Shown piece by piece: positions 18,859 through 28,495 of a stretch of DNA of 39,071 nt. Positions within the stretch are counted from its first letter, which is position 1, and each line of letters opens with the position of its first letter. Both the position numbers and the translations under genes were made by a program. The DNA is from Candidatus Magasanikbacteria bacterium RIFOXYD2_FULL_41_14 (GTDB lineage Bacteria > Patescibacteriota > Patescibacteriia > Magasanikbacterales > GWA2-37-8), in contig MFRE01000005.1 of assembly GCA_001784475.1 (NCBI GenBank), positions 31,649 to 70,719 of the forward strand, given 5' to 3'. A model generated the notes under the pieces. The model made no database searches. It saw only the letters and a program-made list of their open reading frames with translations, and was not told the origin of the DNA.

Positions 18859-20034
18859 ATGAACAAACAAATTGGTGTTGGTGATATTCGGTTGGGTCCG
18901 CCAGAGAAAAAATATTTGCAAATGGTAATTGATTCCAACCGTCTTTCTTATGGGCAGTTTTCACAACGTTTTGAAAAAGAAATGGCTCAAAATCACGATT
19001 GCAACTTCGGAATTTTTTGTAACAGTGGCACGTCGGCCCTGCTTTTAGCTTTAATGACATTGAAAGAAAAATATGGTTGGAGTGACGGCGATGAAGTAAT
19101 TGTACCGGCCTTAACATTTATTGCCACCAGTAATGTCGTTTTGCAGGCCAATATGGTTCCGGTATTTGTGGATGCTGATGAAAAAACATATAATATAAAT
19201 CCGGATTTGATTGAACAAAAAATTACCAATAAAACTCGCTGTATTATTCCGGTTCATATGTTTGGTTTACCGTGTGAAATGGATAAGATATGCGTGATTG
19301 CCAATGCGAACGGATTGCGCATAATAGAAGATAGTTGCGAAACCATGTTCGCTTCTTTTCATGGGAAAAAAGTTGGGTCCTTCGGTGATTTGGCTTGTTT
19401 TTCAACATACATCGCTCATTTTTTAGTGACCGGTGTGGGCGGATTAGTAATTACCAATGATTCGGATTTAGCGGTGACAGTAAGAAGCATGATGAATCAT
19501 GGCCGTGATTCAATTTATATGTCAATTGACGATGATCGGGATGAGCGCGGGGTAGTTTTAAAGGAAGTAATAAGTAAAAGGTTTTCTTTTGTGCGTATGG
19601 GTTATAGTTTTAGGGCGACTGAGCTCGAGGCCGCCATTGGTTTGGGTCAGTTAGAACAAAAAGAAAAAATCGTGTCAACCAGAATAGAAAATGCTCATTT
19701 TTTTAAAGATGCGCTTAGAGATTTGGAAAAATATCTAATATTGCCGTTCGAACCAGAAGGCCGCGACCATCATTTTATGATGTTTCCAATTGTAGTACGT
19801 AGTGATAAAAAAAATAAACTAATTAATTTTTTGGAAGAGGCCAACATAGAAACTAGAGATATGCCGACAGTAATTGAACAGCCATTTTATAAACAGTTGT
19901 TTGGCGATGCGCTTCACGGTTATCCAGTTACAAAAAAAGTAATTGATAGCGGATTTTATATCGGCTCGCATCAATATTTGACCAAAGCAGAAAAAGGCTA
20001 TATTATAGATAAATTGCACGAATTTTATAAATAA
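18859..20034 (+). CDS. DegT/DnrJ/EryC1/StrS-family PLP enzyme, ColD-like (probable NDP-4-keto-6-deoxyhexose 3-dehydratase)
   Basis: [24 protein letters not shown] and FSTYIAH(187)FLVTGVGG: His at the position of the PLP lysine, as in ColD/E1. Confidence 0.75.
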   Translation: MNKQIGVGDIRLGPPEKKYLQMVIDSNRLSYGQFSQRFEKEMAQNHDCNFGIFCNSGTSALLLALMTLKEKYGWSDGDEVIVPALTFIATSNVVLQANMVPVFVDADEKTYNINPDLIEQKITNKTRCIIPVHMFGLPCEMDKICVIANANGLRIIEDSCETMFASFHGKKVGSFGDLACFSTYIAHFLVTGVGGLVITNDSDLAVTVRSMMNHGRDSIYMSIDDDRDERGVVLKEVISKRFSFVRMGYSFRATELEAAIGLGQLEQKEKIVSTRIENAHFFKDALRDLEKYLILPFEPEGRDHHFMMFPIVVRSDKKNKLINFLEEANIETRDMPTVIEQPFYKQLFGDALHGYPVTKKVIDSGFYIGSHQYLTKAEKGYIIDKLHEFYK

Positions 20035-20045
20035 ATTTACCTAGT

Positions 20046-21077
20046 ATGACTAAAAAAGCTTTGATCACTGGTATTACCGGGCAAGACGGTTCTTATTTGG
20101 CAGAGTTGCTATTAATAAAGGGTTATGATGTCCATGGAGTGGTACGTCGTTCTTCTAGTTTTAACCGTGGTCGAATAGAGCAGATTTATACCACTGATCC
20201 CCATACTGTCAAAGAAAAATTTCATCTTCATTATGGCGATCTGAGCGACTCCAGTTCGATTAATTCTTTGGTGGCCAAACTTCAGCCAGATGAATTATAT
20301 CATTTAGGTGCTCAAAGTCATGTTGGTATCAGTTTCCAAATTCCAGAATATACGGCTGATGTCACTGGTTTGGGCACGTTGCGTTTACTTGAGGCGGTGC
20401 GACACCTGTCACCAAAAACAAAATTTTACCAGGCATCTAGCAGTGAGTTGTATGGTAAGGTAGAAGGAAAGACTCAAAATGAACAAACGAAATTTTATCC
20501 CCGCAGTCCTTATGCGACTGCAAAATTGTATGCTTATTGGATAACAAAGAATTATCGTGAATCTTATCAAATGTTTGCTTGCAATGGCATTCTTTTCAAC
20601 CACGAATCTCCTCGCCGAGGCGAAAATTTTGTCAGTCGTAAAATAACTCTCTCGATCGCCAAAATTTTACGGGGCGAGTTGGATAAGTTGTACATTGGTA
20701 ATTTGGAAGCAAAAAGAGATTGGGGATATGCGCCAGAATATGTAGAAGGAATGTGGCGTATAATGCAGCATGATAAGCCTGATGATTATGTACTCGCTAC
20801 TGGCAAAACTCACAGCGTGCGTGAATTTGTTGAAGAAGCTTTCCGTAATGTTGATATTAACATAAAATGGCAGGGCTCTGGTTTATCGGAAAAAGGCATC
20901 GACATAAATTCTGGTAGAGAGATGGTGGCGATTGACGCGGAGTATTTTCGTCCTAACGAGGTTGATGTATTATGTGGGGATTTTTCTAAGGCAGAAAATG
21001 AGTTGGGGTGGTGGCCAAAAACTGATTTTAAAGAATTGGTTAAGATAATGGTACGGGCGGATTCCAATCAGAGCTAA
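20046..21077 (+). CDS. gmd: GDP-mannose 4,6-dehydratase
   Basis: [64 protein letters not shown]. Confidence 0.97.
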   Translation: MTKKALITGITGQDGSYLAELLLIKGYDVHGVVRRSSSFNRGRIEQIYTTDPHTVKEKFHLHYGDLSDSSSINSLVAKLQPDELYHLGAQSHVGISFQIPEYTADVTGLGTLRLLEAVRHLSPKTKFYQASSSELYGKVEGKTQNEQTKFYPRSPYATAKLYAYWITKNYRESYQMFACNGILFNHESPRRGENFVSRKITLSIAKILRGELDKLYIGNLEAKRDWGYAPEYVEGMWRIMQHDKPDDYVLATGKTHSVREFVEEAFRNVDINIKWQGSGLSEKGIDINSGREMVAIDAEYFRPNEVDVLCGDFSKAENELGWWPKTDFKELVKIMVRADSNQS

Positions 21078-21088
21078 TCAAAATATTT

Positions 21089-22198
21089 ATGAATAAACCA
21101 TTATTGCAAATTTCACCTTATTTCGACGAGCAAGAAGAAATTGAGTTGTTGGAAGTGGTGCGGTCTATTTGGCTTATAGAGAGGAGTAAAAATGATTTGT
21201 TAGAAAAAATTTTTTCAGAATTTACCGGCGCCCCATTTTCAGTGACTTGCTCTAATGCGAGTGTGGGGATTTTTATGTCTTTAATTGCTTGTGGAATCGG
21301 ACGGGCATCTTTGGTTGGATCGGAAGCGGATGAAGTTATTGTGCCTGACATAACTTTCGTCGCGACAATAAATGCGATATTGTTGGCGGGCGCCAGGCCG
21401 GTGGTCGTGGATATTAACGAGTATGACGCACATATTAATGTAGTGAATATTAAAAAAGCCATCACCAAAAATACTAAGGCTATTATGCCTGTTCATTTGT
21501 ATGGCGGTATGGCAGATATAGTGGCCATTCAAGAATTAGCCGATCGAAATAATTTGGTGATAATAGAAGACGCCGCCCAAGCAGTTGGAGTCAAATTGGA
21601 CGGTCGTCACGCTGGCACCTTTGGTCGTTTTGGAGTATTCTCTCTTTATGGTAATAAGATAATCACCTGTGGAGAGGGTGGTATCGTTGTGTGTCAAAAC
21701 GCTGATGATCGGGATAAAATTTATCGAATCAAAAATCACGGTCGTTTAAAAAAAGGTGCATTCATTCACGAAGAAATTGGTTATAATTTCAGTTTTACTG
21801 ATTTACAGGCGGCAGTAGCCATCGCGCAGATGAAAAAAATTAATTACATTATTAGTCGTAAGCGAGCGATCAACACTCAATATCGAGAGTTATTGAAAAA
21901 TAGCAGGGTATCCTTTTTAGAATCACCTCAAAATATAGATGAGACGTTCTGGTTCACCAATGTATTATGCGACGACGCCGAAGAAATGGCTAATAAGTTG
22001 GCAATTGAGAATATCCAAAGCCGAAGGTTATTTTATCCAATTCACCTGCAACCATGTTATAAAAATAAACAGTTAATACAGTTAGATGGTGAGTATAATA
22101 ATGCTGATAAATTATTTAAACGTCTATTATCTTTACCTAGTTCAGTTTCTTTGACCGCAGACGAAATAGAGTCGGTCGCAAGTGTTATAAAAAAATAA
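21089..22198 (+). CDS. DegT-family sugar aminotransferase, perosamine-synthase-like
   Basis: IMPVHLYG, IEDAAQA, FSLYGNK(190)IITCGEGG, GYNF...DLQAA; directly follows gmd. Confidence 0.85.
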   Translation: MNKPLLQISPYFDEQEEIELLEVVRSIWLIERSKNDLLEKIFSEFTGAPFSVTCSNASVGIFMSLIACGIGRASLVGSEADEVIVPDITFVATINAILLAGARPVVVDINEYDAHINVVNIKKAITKNTKAIMPVHLYGGMADIVAIQELADRNNLVIIEDAAQAVGVKLDGRHAGTFGRFGVFSLYGNKIITCGEGGIVVCQNADDRDKIYRIKNHGRLKKGAFIHEEIGYNFSFTDLQAAVAIAQMKKINYIISRKRAINTQYRELLKNSRVSFLESPQNIDETFWFTNVLCDDAEEMANKLAIENIQSRRLFYPIHLQPCYKNKQLIQLDGEYNNADKLFKRLLSLPSSVSLTADEIESVASVIKK

Positions 22199-22202
22199 AA
22201 TT

Positions 22203-23318
22203 ATGGTCGAAAATAAAAAAATAAAAATCGCCATTATTTCCTATCCATTTCTGTCGTTTTTGGGAGGGGCGGAACGTTATGTGGAAGAAATGGCTAGAGG
22301 TTTTGAGCATAATGGGGTAGATGTGACAATTTTTTCATCGTGGAATTTATTTTGGAAAGAAAAAAGACAAACCGATGCCACTATTATTAAAATTTTTAAC
22401 TTTCCATTTACTCGACGTTTTAAATATTACCACGAGATGTTTTTTAATTTTTTTGTTTATTTTTTATATAGAAAAAAATTGCGTAGTTTTGATTTAATTA
22501 TTCCTCAAGCTCCAGCCGCTTATTTTTTACTTTTTGATAAGTATTTAAAAAACAAAACAGTGCCAGTGAGCTACAATAGTCCTTGGCGTAGAAATCAAAA
22601 AGAGGAAAAGTCAATATATGAGAACGCCTTTTCGGTGATTTGTATAAACCAAGCATGTAAAGAAAATATTTTAAAGAACTACCCGCATATTGATATCAAT
22701 AAATTAGTTGTTTTTAATGAGGGTGTCCACGTTGATAAATTTTATCCCAGATCTACAGATGAAATTGTGGCTATGCGTCAGAAATATAATATTCCAATCA
22801 ATAAGCTGTTTTTATTAACCTTGCAGAGAATGGATAGTCGTAAGGATTTGGTCACACTAGCCAATATTCTAATTAATGTCGCCAAAGCCGCTCCTGACAT
22901 TTTTGTGGGCATAGCTGGTGGTGGTCCGGATCGAGACAAGGTTGCCGTTTTAGTGGACGACGCCGGTCTAAACAATCTTAAAATGCTTGGTTTTATCGAA
23001 GAAAATGATTTATCAAGTATTTATGCTTCCGCCGACGCTTTTTTAAGTGCCACTTGGGGGCAGGTGGCTTTAGAAGCGATGGCTTGTGGTGTCTGCACGT
23101 TTGTTTTAAATGATCATCCGGCTTGTAAAGAAAATGTCTGCGACCTAAATTTGTTATTGCCATGCAACCAACAGTCGTACCATAATATTTTAGGTGTAAT
23201 TGTTAATCGGAATTTATGTAATCATTATGGAAAAAAAGGCCTGGAGTTTATTTTAGATAATTTTAAATGGGATATAATTACAAAAAAAATTTTAAATCAT
23301 TATTTGCAGGTTAAATAG
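22203..23318 (+). CDS. Glycosyltransferase family 4
   Basis: GGAERY, QRMDSRK, IAGGGP, LGFI, YASAD....WGQVALEAMACG. Confidence 0.85.
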   Translation: MVENKKIKIAIISYPFLSFLGGAERYVEEMARGFEHNGVDVTIFSSWNLFWKEKRQTDATIIKIFNFPFTRRFKYYHEMFFNFFVYFLYRKKLRSFDLIIPQAPAAYFLLFDKYLKNKTVPVSYNSPWRRNQKEEKSIYENAFSVICINQACKENILKNYPHIDINKLVVFNEGVHVDKFYPRSTDEIVAMRQKYNIPINKLFLLTLQRMDSRKDLVTLANILINVAKAAPDIFVGIAGGGPDRDKVAVLVDDAGLNNLKMLGFIEENDLSSIYASADAFLSATWGQVALEAMACGVCTFVLNDHPACKENVCDLNLLLPCNQQSYHNILGVIVNRNLCNHYGKKGLEFILDNFKWDIITKKILNHYLQVK

Positions 23319-23320
23319 CT

Positions 23321-24271
23321 ATGGTAAATTTTAGCAAAAAAAAGATTTTAATTACTGGTGGGGCCGGCTTTATCGGTAAGCACCTGATACAAAGATTACA
23401 ACAACAAGATGTGCGATCTATCAGGGTAACCTCTCGTAATTTAGAATCTGATTCATTTTTGAATAATTTAGGTTTAGATATTAAGGTCGGAGATTTAAAG
23501 GATCCTATTTTTTGTGACCAAATTACCGAAGGAATAGACGTTGTCTTTCATTTGGCAGGACAAAAACACAATTATTTCGTTCATTCAGCACAGCCAGCTA
23601 ACATATTGTATGAGAACAATTTAATCAATGGTAATATTTTGGAATCTGCGCGTCATTCAAATGTTAGTTGTCTAGTTATGGCTAGTTCGATTGTGGTTTA
23701 TCGTGGTGGCAATATCAAAACATATGATGAAGATTCAGAAACTATTTTGTCTCGAGAAGCGCCTCACCTAGGGTATGCTTGGTCTAAGCGAATATTAGAA
23801 ATTTTAAGTTATTATTATCGGACTCAATACCACATTGATATAAGAGTTTGTCGATTGGGTAGTGCCTATGGACCGTTTGATAAGTTTAACTCAGAATTTG
23901 CGCAGATAGTCCCTTCTTTGATTAATAAGATCTATCACGGTGACGTTATCGAAATAGACAGTCGGTCCACAATAAAAAATTTAATATATGTTGGCGACAT
24001 CGCTGATGCTCTGATCAAAACATTATTTGTTAATAAATGGTTTAATGTGCCGGTAAATATCGTGGATCCGAAAAGTCGCATTACCTATGGTAATTTGGTG
24101 GATATGCTAGGTAATATTTTAAATATTAAACCAATAGTAAAAGAGATTGGTACTGTTGGTTTAGAAAAATATTTTCGTTCTAAATATAATTTTTACACAC
24201 CGCGAGTGTCTTTAGATGAAGGTCTGCGTGCAACAGTCGATTATTATTTAAAGCATGTCGCAACCAAGTGA
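23321..24271 (+). CDS. Extended SDR, GDP-fucose-synthase/ColC-like NDP-sugar reductase
   Basis: TGGAGFIG, VFHLAG, PA..LYEN..IN.NIL, SS..VY, YAWSK (YxxxK), YGPFDKF, IVPSLI. Confidence 0.75.
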   Translation: MVNFSKKKILITGGAGFIGKHLIQRLQQQDVRSIRVTSRNLESDSFLNNLGLDIKVGDLKDPIFCDQITEGIDVVFHLAGQKHNYFVHSAQPANILYENNLINGNILESARHSNVSCLVMASSIVVYRGGNIKTYDEDSETILSREAPHLGYAWSKRILEILSYYYRTQYHIDIRVCRLGSAYGPFDKFNSEFAQIVPSLINKIYHGDVIEIDSRSTIKNLIYVGDIADALIKTLFVNKWFNVPVNIVDPKSRITYGNLVDMLGNILNIKPIVKEIGTVGLEKYFRSKYNFYTPRVSLDEGLRATVDYYLKHVATK

Positions 24272-24274
24272 TCT

Positions 24275-24904
24275 ATGATAAATTTTAATGAATTTTACCG
24301 TGAAATCGATCCTTGGGGTACTACTAAATTTGCTCACGAGCGTGCGCGGCTACGTCTCACTGAAAAAATGTTGGGCCACAATCAGTTTAATCACGCTCTA
24401 GACCTAGGATGCGGTGAGGGAATATTTACTAAGATAATTAAACAGCACGCCATCTTGGTTGACGCCATTGATATTTCACTCTCGGCAATTAGTCGGGCCA
24501 AACAGAGGTGCGCCGGTGTTGATTTCACAGTGGGCGATATTAGAAATTTTAAATTTTTTGGTAACTATGATTTGATTGTCTGTTTGGAGGTAATTTATTA
24601 TTTAGATTTAGAAGATCAAAAAAATATTTTACAAAAAATGCGTGATTTTATAGATAAGAATGGTTTAATTTTATTATCTTTTGTTATCAACGACCAATCC
24701 TATATTCATTATGCTGATTTTATTAAACTTTTAACCGGAATGTTTAGTCTAAAACTTATCTTGGTGTTGAGTGTTAAGAGCCGTAGTAACATTTTTATAG
24801 ATAGAATAAAAATGTGGTATTATAATTTTTTATTAAATAAACGCGGTTTTGTTCATCCGGCTATTAATCAAGTCGGAGTACTGTTGAAATGCAGTTCTAA
24901 ATAG
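24275..24904 (+). CDS. SAM-dependent methyltransferase, NodS-like
   Basis: N-terminal FY...DPW......ER, ALDLGCGEG.FT, AIDIS..AI.RA, YDLIVCLEVIYYL. Confidence 0.8.
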   Translation: MINFNEFYREIDPWGTTKFAHERARLRLTEKMLGHNQFNHALDLGCGEGIFTKIIKQHAILVDAIDISLSAISRAKQRCAGVDFTVGDIRNFKFFGNYDLIVCLEVIYYLDLEDQKNILQKMRDFIDKNGLILLSFVINDQSYIHYADFIKLLTGMFSLKLILVLSVKSRSNIFIDRIKMWYYNFLLNKRGFVHPAINQVGVLLKCSSK

Positions 24905-24920
24905 AGAAATAACTATTAGT

Positions 24921-25862
24921 ATGAAGAAGATTTCTATTGTAATTCCAACATACAATCGTCTAGAAGTGTTAAAGTCTTGCGTTTTCTCAATAGTTAATCA
25001 GGATTTTAATTCTGCTGATTACGAAATAATCATAGTAGATAATGGACCATCAAATGATGGAACTGATATTTTTATTGCGGAAATTATTAAAACTAGAAAA
25101 AACATTTTTTATTTTCAAAGAAAAGAGAAAGGATGTATTTTTGCTAGAAATTTTGGTTTCCAGGAGGCAAAGGGTGAAATTTTATTGACCGTTGACGACG
25201 ACGTCGAGTTTTTAGGACGTGATTGCCTGACGATACTCGCCCATACGTTTGAGGACAAAGATGTTGGTATGGTTGGGTCGGTTGAGTTGCATGGTAATAA
25301 AGATGAAGTGAGCACAGTTAAGTCTTGTAAGAATATTAATTTAAACAAAATTGGTCGAGTGACTAAATGGGGGAGTTTTTATGCTAGTTTTAATCAGCTG
25401 GACGGCTATGACGATTTGGTAGTTGTAGATCATTTTAGAAGTTGCTTTATGGCAGTCAGAGCTGATTTGTTTAATGCCGTTGGGGGTTTTGATGCTAAAT
25501 ATAACGCCGATGGCATGGGTTTTCGCTACGAGACCGATCTGTGTATGCGAGTCAAAAATTTAGCTAAAAAAGTTGTTATTAATCCCAAAATAAGAATTTG
25601 GCATAAGGTTGCTAAACGTAGTCGAGGTTTTGAACGAGGTAAAGGCAACCGTTATTTATTTTTAGTTTCCCGCAACCACATGTATTTCATGCTCAAATTT
25701 TTTTGGCACAAGCATCGTTGGTTCTGGTTTGTGTATGATTTTTTGATAGGCGCTTACCGAACGCCTGGTTTGCTTTTTTTACTAAAAAGACGAGAGCTGA
25801 GTTGGGCTAATTTAGTATGTGTGTTTAGAGGTAAATTATCTGGTTTGAGTTTTTTAAAATAG
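24921..25862 (+). CDS. Glycosyltransferase family 2
   Basis: ISIVIPTYNR, IVDN, ARNFG, TVDDD, VGGFD, YETDLCMR. Confidence 0.9.
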   Translation: MKKISIVIPTYNRLEVLKSCVFSIVNQDFNSADYEIIIVDNGPSNDGTDIFIAEIIKTRKNIFYFQRKEKGCIFARNFGFQEAKGEILLTVDDDVEFLGRDCLTILAHTFEDKDVGMVGSVELHGNKDEVSTVKSCKNINLNKIGRVTKWGSFYASFNQLDGYDDLVVVDHFRSCFMAVRADLFNAVGGFDAKYNADGMGFRYETDLCMRVKNLAKKVVINPKIRIWHKVAKRSRGFERGKGNRYLFLVSRNHMYFMLKFFWHKHRWFWFVYDFLIGAYRTPGLLFLLKRRELSWANLVCVFRGKLSGLSFLK

Positions 25863-25868
25863 GTTTTT

Positions 25869-27227
25869 ATGGAGCTAAAAGAGGCTATAAAAAAAAGATA
25901 CTCCTGCAGAGATTTTTTAGACAAGTCGGTTCCCAAAGATATTGTTGAGGATATTTTATCATACGCTGTATATTCGGCGACAAGTTGTAATCGGCAGGCC
26001 TGGCAAGTTAAAGTTGTTACTGATTCCGGTTTAAAAGAAAAATTAAATTATGGCTGTGCCGTTAATCAGCATTATTTATACAAAGCGCCAGTGTGTCTTT
26101 GTATATTTTATGATGAAACACAAGAAGTCGGCGACAAAATTGGCGCAGCTGCTATTTCTGTGGGAATGTTTGCCCAAACGATATTACTGCTTTTGCAAGA
26201 GTATGCTCTTGGTGGAATTTTTTTGGCCGGTATTAAAAAACCGGATATGGCCAACAGTATTTTGGATGTAGACAGTAATTATAGGTTAAGGGGGATGATT
26301 TTGTTGGGGCATCCAGCCGAAGGACAGCCGATTGTTGTTCCGAGAAAAAAGGTCTCCGAAATTACAAGTTATAATTATTCTAAAAATGAAAATATTGTAA
26401 GTTTAGAAAATTCTATAAATCCAAACGCTTGGCAATTGGATAAATTAATTAATTTTAGAAATCAGATTTTGTGGTATAAGGGGTTTGACGTCGACAATAG
26501 ATATAAACACGTTGAGCGCATTCCTTCTGGATCAGAATCGTGTTTAAAAATTTTCAACCACATAAACAAGGATATCACCCAAAATTTAATTTCCGTTGAC
26601 AATTATTTTGACTTTCTCTCTTATGGCGGTGAATATTTTGTGGCCAATGAAATGGTAATTAATAACAATGTAAAAAATTTTTATTTATTTGATATCGGTG
26701 CCGATGTTATTCGATATTTAAAAACTAGGATGAGTAGTTTATTTAATGACAAAACTCTAAAGAGTATTAATTTTATTAGTCCCACAATTATAGACGACAA
26801 TGATTTTAATATACCAGTTGATGCCGAGAGTATGGATTTAGTTACTTGTTATTTTCGGCTGGAACTTTTTCAAGATCCAGGTAAAATTATAGATAAATTT
26901 TATAAAATTTTAAAGAAAAATGGTATTGTTTATATTGCTTGCCAGAATAAATATTTTTTTGATTGGTACAAGATAAAAAAGGGATATAACCATGATTATT
27001 CTTTGGGTAGAAATTGGAATATTGGTCCGGAAAAGAAATACTCTTATGGGGAATATTGTGAAATGTTTAAGCATAATTTTGAGATAATTGAGTGTACAAA
27101 AATTAATTCTTCAGGGGTAATTTTAAATAAAGTTATGAAAAAATTTCTAGGGATTAAGTTAAAGTTTTTCGAAGAGAAAATGTTTCTTCCAGAATATTTT
27201 TTATTTAAATTAAAAAAATGCCAATAG
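25869..27227 (+). CDS. Nitroreductase-family domain fused to a methyltransferase-like domain
   Basis: aa 1-170: AIKKRYSCRDF, SATSCNRQAW, AQTILL.....LG, LLGHP, PRK. aa ~245-452: IPVDAESMDLVTC...LE...DP......YKILKKNG.VYI. Confidence 0.75.
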   Translation: MELKEAIKKRYSCRDFLDKSVPKDIVEDILSYAVYSATSCNRQAWQVKVVTDSGLKEKLNYGCAVNQHYLYKAPVCLCIFYDETQEVGDKIGAAAISVGMFAQTILLLLQEYALGGIFLAGIKKPDMANSILDVDSNYRLRGMILLGHPAEGQPIVVPRKKVSEITSYNYSKNENIVSLENSINPNAWQLDKLINFRNQILWYKGFDVDNRYKHVERIPSGSESCLKIFNHINKDITQNLISVDNYFDFLSYGGEYFVANEMVINNNVKNFYLFDIGADVIRYLKTRMSSLFNDKTLKSINFISPTIIDDNDFNIPVDAESMDLVTCYFRLELFQDPGKIIDKFYKILKKNGIVYIACQNKYFFDWYKIKKGYNHDYSLGRNWNIGPEKKYSYGEYCEMFKHNFEIIECTKINSSGVILNKVMKKFLGIKLKFFEEKMFLPEYFLFKLKKCQ

Positions 27228-28492
27228 ATAACAAAAAATTAGTTAGCAAGATAGAAAAGCAGATTCGTTGGTTTGAAACGATGGAGCAAGGTGGTTTTTT
27301 GGGTGGTCCGGTTGTTCATATTTGGGGCAATTCTTTGGATTACTGCGGGCCCGGTTTGGATTGGCGTTATGAAGGGTACTTGTCCGGAATGGTTAAATTA
27401 TACAGACAAACAGGTGATCATTATTTTCTTGATAAAATTACCAATAGTTTAAAAATATTTGAAAATTTTCAATACAAAAATGGCGCTTTTAGGTGCTCGC
27501 ATTTCCAGTCAAATCCAATTAATTATGGCACACCACACGAGGTCGCCGCTCTAATTGGCCTAATACACTGTGCTGATTTGTTAAAAAATGAAAATCCTGA
27601 ATTTTTTGACAAGGCACGTGAGATAACTTTAAATTATTTAAATAATTTTTTGATTAAGTATTTATGGAATCCGGTTTTAGGAGGTTTTGTCGATTGGCCT
27701 TATAGTGTATTTAATTTATTTACGTACAACAAAAATAGTACCGTCGGCTTGTTTTTAATAATGGCTAGTAGGACTTTTAAAATTGACTTAGATTATTATA
27801 TAGAAAAATTAGCCAAACGTTTTTTATTGACACCTACTCTTTATCCTCAGACAGAAGGTAAGTATGAAAATCTTTATATTCCATATTATAACGCTCGGTG
27901 TGTACCTTTTTTAGTTGAATTATCTAAATATCTTAATGACCCCGCTTATTTTAAGAGGGCGCAGGATATTTGCGCGCATATTGCCAATAGTTTTTTGGAT
28001 CTTGATTACGCGCAAGGTTTCGCCTTAACCACGGATAATGTCGGTAATGCCAAAATAAAAAACGTTCTCTGGGTGGCCGCTTCCGGTGACATTCTGTCTG
28101 CTTTTTTGTCAATTAATCAACTATCAGTTTACGATCAGTATATAAATTGGTTGCTTGACAAACAATTGGAAAGCGGTGGTTTCCCAACGTTTATTAGAGA
28201 AGACGGTAGTTATGATTTGTTAGATATTGTGCCAGTTACAGGTTGGAACGATAAGATGTTTAATTTTTTAACAGATTTAGCACAGTTAGAAAAAAATGAT
28301 TTTAAAAATTTAGGTAGTCAACACAGTTATAAATTACAAAATTATCCATTGTGTGGTGGTAAATATTTTTACGCAGAGGATAATGATAGTATGGTGTTAA
28401 AAACTAAAAACAGCGTTGTGTTTAGTTGGACTAAAAATAATATATTTTCGAGTGTTAATAAACTAGAACCGCGTAAGATAAATTTTAAATAA
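27218..28492 (+). CDS. Uncharacterised protein, probable (alpha/alpha) toroid fold
   Basis: Helical repeats LYRQTGDHYFL, FQYKNGAF, LSKYLNDPAYFKRA, WLLDKQLESGGF resemble six-hairpin glycosidase / QW-type motifs; start overlaps the upstream gene. Confidence 0.55.
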   Translation: MPIDNKKLVSKIEKQIRWFETMEQGGFLGGPVVHIWGNSLDYCGPGLDWRYEGYLSGMVKLYRQTGDHYFLDKITNSLKIFENFQYKNGAFRCSHFQSNPINYGTPHEVAALIGLIHCADLLKNENPEFFDKAREITLNYLNNFLIKYLWNPVLGGFVDWPYSVFNLFTYNKNSTVGLFLIMASRTFKIDLDYYIEKLAKRFLLTPTLYPQTEGKYENLYIPYYNARCVPFLVELSKYLNDPAYFKRAQDICAHIANSFLDLDYAQGFALTTDNVGNAKIKNVLWVAASGDILSAFLSINQLSVYDQYINWLLDKQLESGGFPTFIREDGSYDLLDIVPVTGWNDKMFNFLTDLAQLEKNDFKNLGSQHSYKLQNYPLCGGKYFYAEDNDSMVLKTKNSVVFSWTKNNIFSSVNKLEPRKINFK

Positions 28493-28495
28493 GTT

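Noticed and set aside
18859-20034. CDP-pathway E1 (RfbH/DdhC) or an ordinary aminotransferase
   Set aside because: The PLP lysine is replaced by His; the protein is ColD-sized, lies next to gmd, and no ddhA/ddhB/ddhD genes are visible.
8652-28492. Aminoglycoside-type antibiotic gene cluster
   Set aside because: Radical SAM, aminotransferase, deacetylase and MTases overlap with such clusters, but no cyclitol synthase, resistance gene or regulator is visible, while Wzx and a ligase point to an envelope glycan.
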